Part shown: one piece after another, positions 61,875 to 64,000 of the stretch
Layout of the letters: the number at the start of each line of letters is the position of its first letter
Numbering within the stretch: the stretch's first letter is position 1
Source: Chamaesiphon sp.
Lineage (GTDB): Bacteria; Cyanobacteriota; Cyanobacteriia; Cyanobacteriales; Chamaesiphonaceae
Length of the DNA: 64,000 nucleotides
Assembly: GCA_965246715.1 (NCBI GenBank)
Contig: CBDFFH010000029.1
Location: 32,001 to 96,000, forward strand
Direction: 5' to 3'
Made by a program: the position numbers and the translations under genes
The notes under the pieces: generated by a model
What the model was told of the DNA's origin: nothing
Database searches by the model: none
The model's input: the letters and a program-made list of their open reading frames with translations, nothing else

Positions 61875-63791
61875 ATGGCTATGCACCTAAGTGAAATAAC
61901 CCACCCGAACCAGTTACACGGCTTATCGGTTCGGCAGTTAGAGCAAATCGCTCTGGAAATCAGAGAAAAACATCTTCAGACCGTAGCTGCTAGTGGCGGT
62001 CATTTAGCACCAGGGTTAGGTGTTGTCGAACTCACCCTCGCACTGTATCAAACTTTAGATCTCGATCGAGACAAAGTGGTATGGGATGTGGGCCACCAAG
62101 CTTATCCCCATAAATTAATCACTGGGAGATACAATCGTTTTCATACCCTACGCCAGAAGAATGGCATTGCGGGGTATCTCAAACGCGGTGAGAGTAAATT
62201 CGACCATTTTGGTGCAGGACATGCCTCTACGAGCATTTCTGCAGCGCTAGGGATGGCGATCGCTCGCGACCTCAAAGGCGAACACTTTAAATGTGTGGCG
62301 GTGATCGGGGATGGTGCGCTCACAGGTGGGATGGCCTTAGAAGCGATCGATCATGCCGGACATTTACCCAAAACTAATCTATTGGTGGTCTTAAACGATA
62401 ACGAGATGTCGATCTCGGCCAATGTTGGTGCGATTCCTCGTTATTTGAATAAACTCCGTGTCAGTGCGCCCATTCAGTTCCTGAGCGATAACATCGAGGA
62501 GCAGCTCAAAAATATTCCCTTTGTCGGCGAGACGATCTCGCCCGAACTCGCGCGCGTCAAGGAAGGGATGAAACGCTTGGCAGTGCCCAAAGTGGGTGCC
62601 GTATTTGAAGAATTAGGCTTTACTTATATCGGCCCTGTAGACGGCCACAATTTAGAAGAATTAATTAGTACCTTTCAAGGCGCACACAAACATCCCGGCC
62701 CCGTCATGGTACACGTCGTGACCAAGAAAGGCAAAGGATACGCGATCGCCGAAAAAGACCAAGTTGGTTATCACGCTCAAAGTCCCTTTAATCTCGCCAC
62801 TGGCAAAGGTGCTCCGGCAACAAAGCCCAAACCACCGACCTATTCCAAGGTATTTGCTGATACGCTGATTACCCTGGCCGAACAAAACCCAAATATTGTC
62901 GCAATTACCGCTGCGATGGGTACGGGAACTGGCTTAGATAAGTTTCAGGATAAGTTGCCCAAACAGTATATCGATGTGGGGATTGCCGAGCAACATGCGA
63001 TTACCCTCGCCGCTGGACTAGCAACTGAAGGAATGCGCCCTGTGGCCGCGATTTATTCCACCTTCTTGCAACGAGCATTCGATCAAATCGTACATGATGC
63101 TTGTATCCAGCATCTGCCGGTGTTCTTCTGTCTCGATCGAGCTGGAATCGTCGGTGCTGATGGCCCAACCCACCAAGGGATGTATGATATCGCTTATATG
63201 CGATGTATCCCCAATATGGTGCTAATGGCTCCCAAGGATGAGGGCGAATTGCAGCGGATGATCGTCACGGGAATTAATTATACCGATGGCCCGATCGCGA
63301 TGCGTTATCCACGCGGGAATGGTTATGGCGTACCATTAATGGAAGAAGGCTGGGAAGATCTGCCGATCGGTAAAGCGGAAATCCTCCGTCAAGGTGACGA
63401 TGTATTAATGATTGCCTACGGCTCAATGGTACATCCTACTTTACAAGCCGCTCAACTCCTCAGCGAACACGGTATTTCGGCAACGGTGATCAATGCTAGA
63501 TTTGCGAAGCCACTCGACACCGAACTATTTGCGCCACTAGCTAAAAGTATCGGCAGGGTAGTAACAGTAGAAGAAGGTTGTCTGATGGGTGGTTTCGGTT
63601 CGGCAATCGCCGAAGCACTACTGGATCTCAATGTGGTGGTACCCATCAAACGCATCGGCGTACCAGATATCTTGGTAGAACACGCTACTCCCGATGAATC
63701 GCTTGATAGCCTGGGTCTGACGAGTCCGCAAATTGCTGAAACAGTGCGGAATCGATTCTTTACACAGAAGCCTGTCGCTGTCAGCGTCTAA
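61875..63791 (+). CDS. dxs: 1-deoxy-D-xylulose-5-phosphate synthase
   Basis: [41 protein letters not shown]. Confidence 0.98.
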   Translation: MAMHLSEITHPNQLHGLSVRQLEQIALEIREKHLQTVAASGGHLAPGLGVVELTLALYQTLDLDRDKVVWDVGHQAYPHKLITGRYNRFHTLRQKNGIAGYLKRGESKFDHFGAGHASTSISAALGMAIARDLKGEHFKCVAVIGDGALTGGMALEAIDHAGHLPKTNLLVVLNDNEMSISANVGAIPRYLNKLRVSAPIQFLSDNIEEQLKNIPFVGETISPELARVKEGMKRLAVPKVGAVFEELGFTYIGPVDGHNLEELISTFQGAHKHPGPVMVHVVTKKGKGYAIAEKDQVGYHAQSPFNLATGKGAPATKPKPPTYSKVFADTLITLAEQNPNIVAITAAMGTGTGLDKFQDKLPKQYIDVGIAEQHAITLAAGLATEGMRPVAAIYSTFLQRAFDQIVHDACIQHLPVFFCLDRAGIVGADGPTHQGMYDIAYMRCIPNMVLMAPKDEGELQRMIVTGINYTDGPIAMRYPRGNGYGVPLMEEGWEDLPIGKAEILRQGDDVLMIAYGSMVHPTLQAAQLLSEHGISATVINARFAKPLDTELFAPLAKSIGRVVTVEEGCLMGGFGSAIAEALLDLNVVVPIKRIGVPDILVEHATPDESLDSLGLTSPQIAETVRNRFFTQKPVAVSV

Positions 63792-63799
63792 AGGCCAAA

Positions 63800-63831
63800 G
63801 TGAGGATGGTGGGTATCGCTACCATCCTCAC
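63800..63831 (+). terminator. Hairpin after dxs
   Basis: GTGAGGATGGTGG...CTACCATCCTCAC. Confidence 0.65.
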
Positions 63832-64000
63832 AGCTTCTAAGCAGATTGGGCTTTGAGGTATCGCGATCGATTCGAAACTCGATCGCGATTTATACTCATC
63901 GGCGAAAGTTCACAGCTAATTTTTGTGATAATGTATTCAGATTAGTTTCTTTTTGGTGCGAATTATGAGACAAGGGTAATTAAACGCGATCTTCAGCAAA

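Overview
Chromosomal window of a cyanobacterium (psbH/psbN, ado, ycf46-like, narM-like, devBCA, very dense CGATCG/HIP1-type sites, a PEP-CTERM gene; Chamaesiphon-like by style, not proven). It holds about 45 mostly housekeeping or transport CDSs (mutS2, purN, clpC, glyQ, glyS, class I aldolase, pstS-pstS-pstCAB, dapL, argJ, dxs), tRNA-Asp, an intact IS1-family element and no CRISPR array. The most unusual content is a hierarchy of small mobile DNAs. IS982-like MITEs (ends ACGTGAGTTCGGG...CCCGAACTCACGT, 6-7 bp target duplications) and an IS1-derived MITE carry REP-like hairpins. Into these hosts a family of 47-58 bp elements has inserted cleanly; they share a fold and ends (RCG...hairpin...CAAGACA) but not stem sequence. 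One copy lies in-frame in mutS2 and two are stacked in tandem. Other oddities are a stand-alone ClpC N-domain paralog next to clpC, a tandem NuiA-like protein with no adjacent nuclease, ado with no adjacent aar, a deleted Rcp1-like pseudogene and an NB-ARC/WD40 STAND protein. All family assignments are by eye from motifs; no database search was run.
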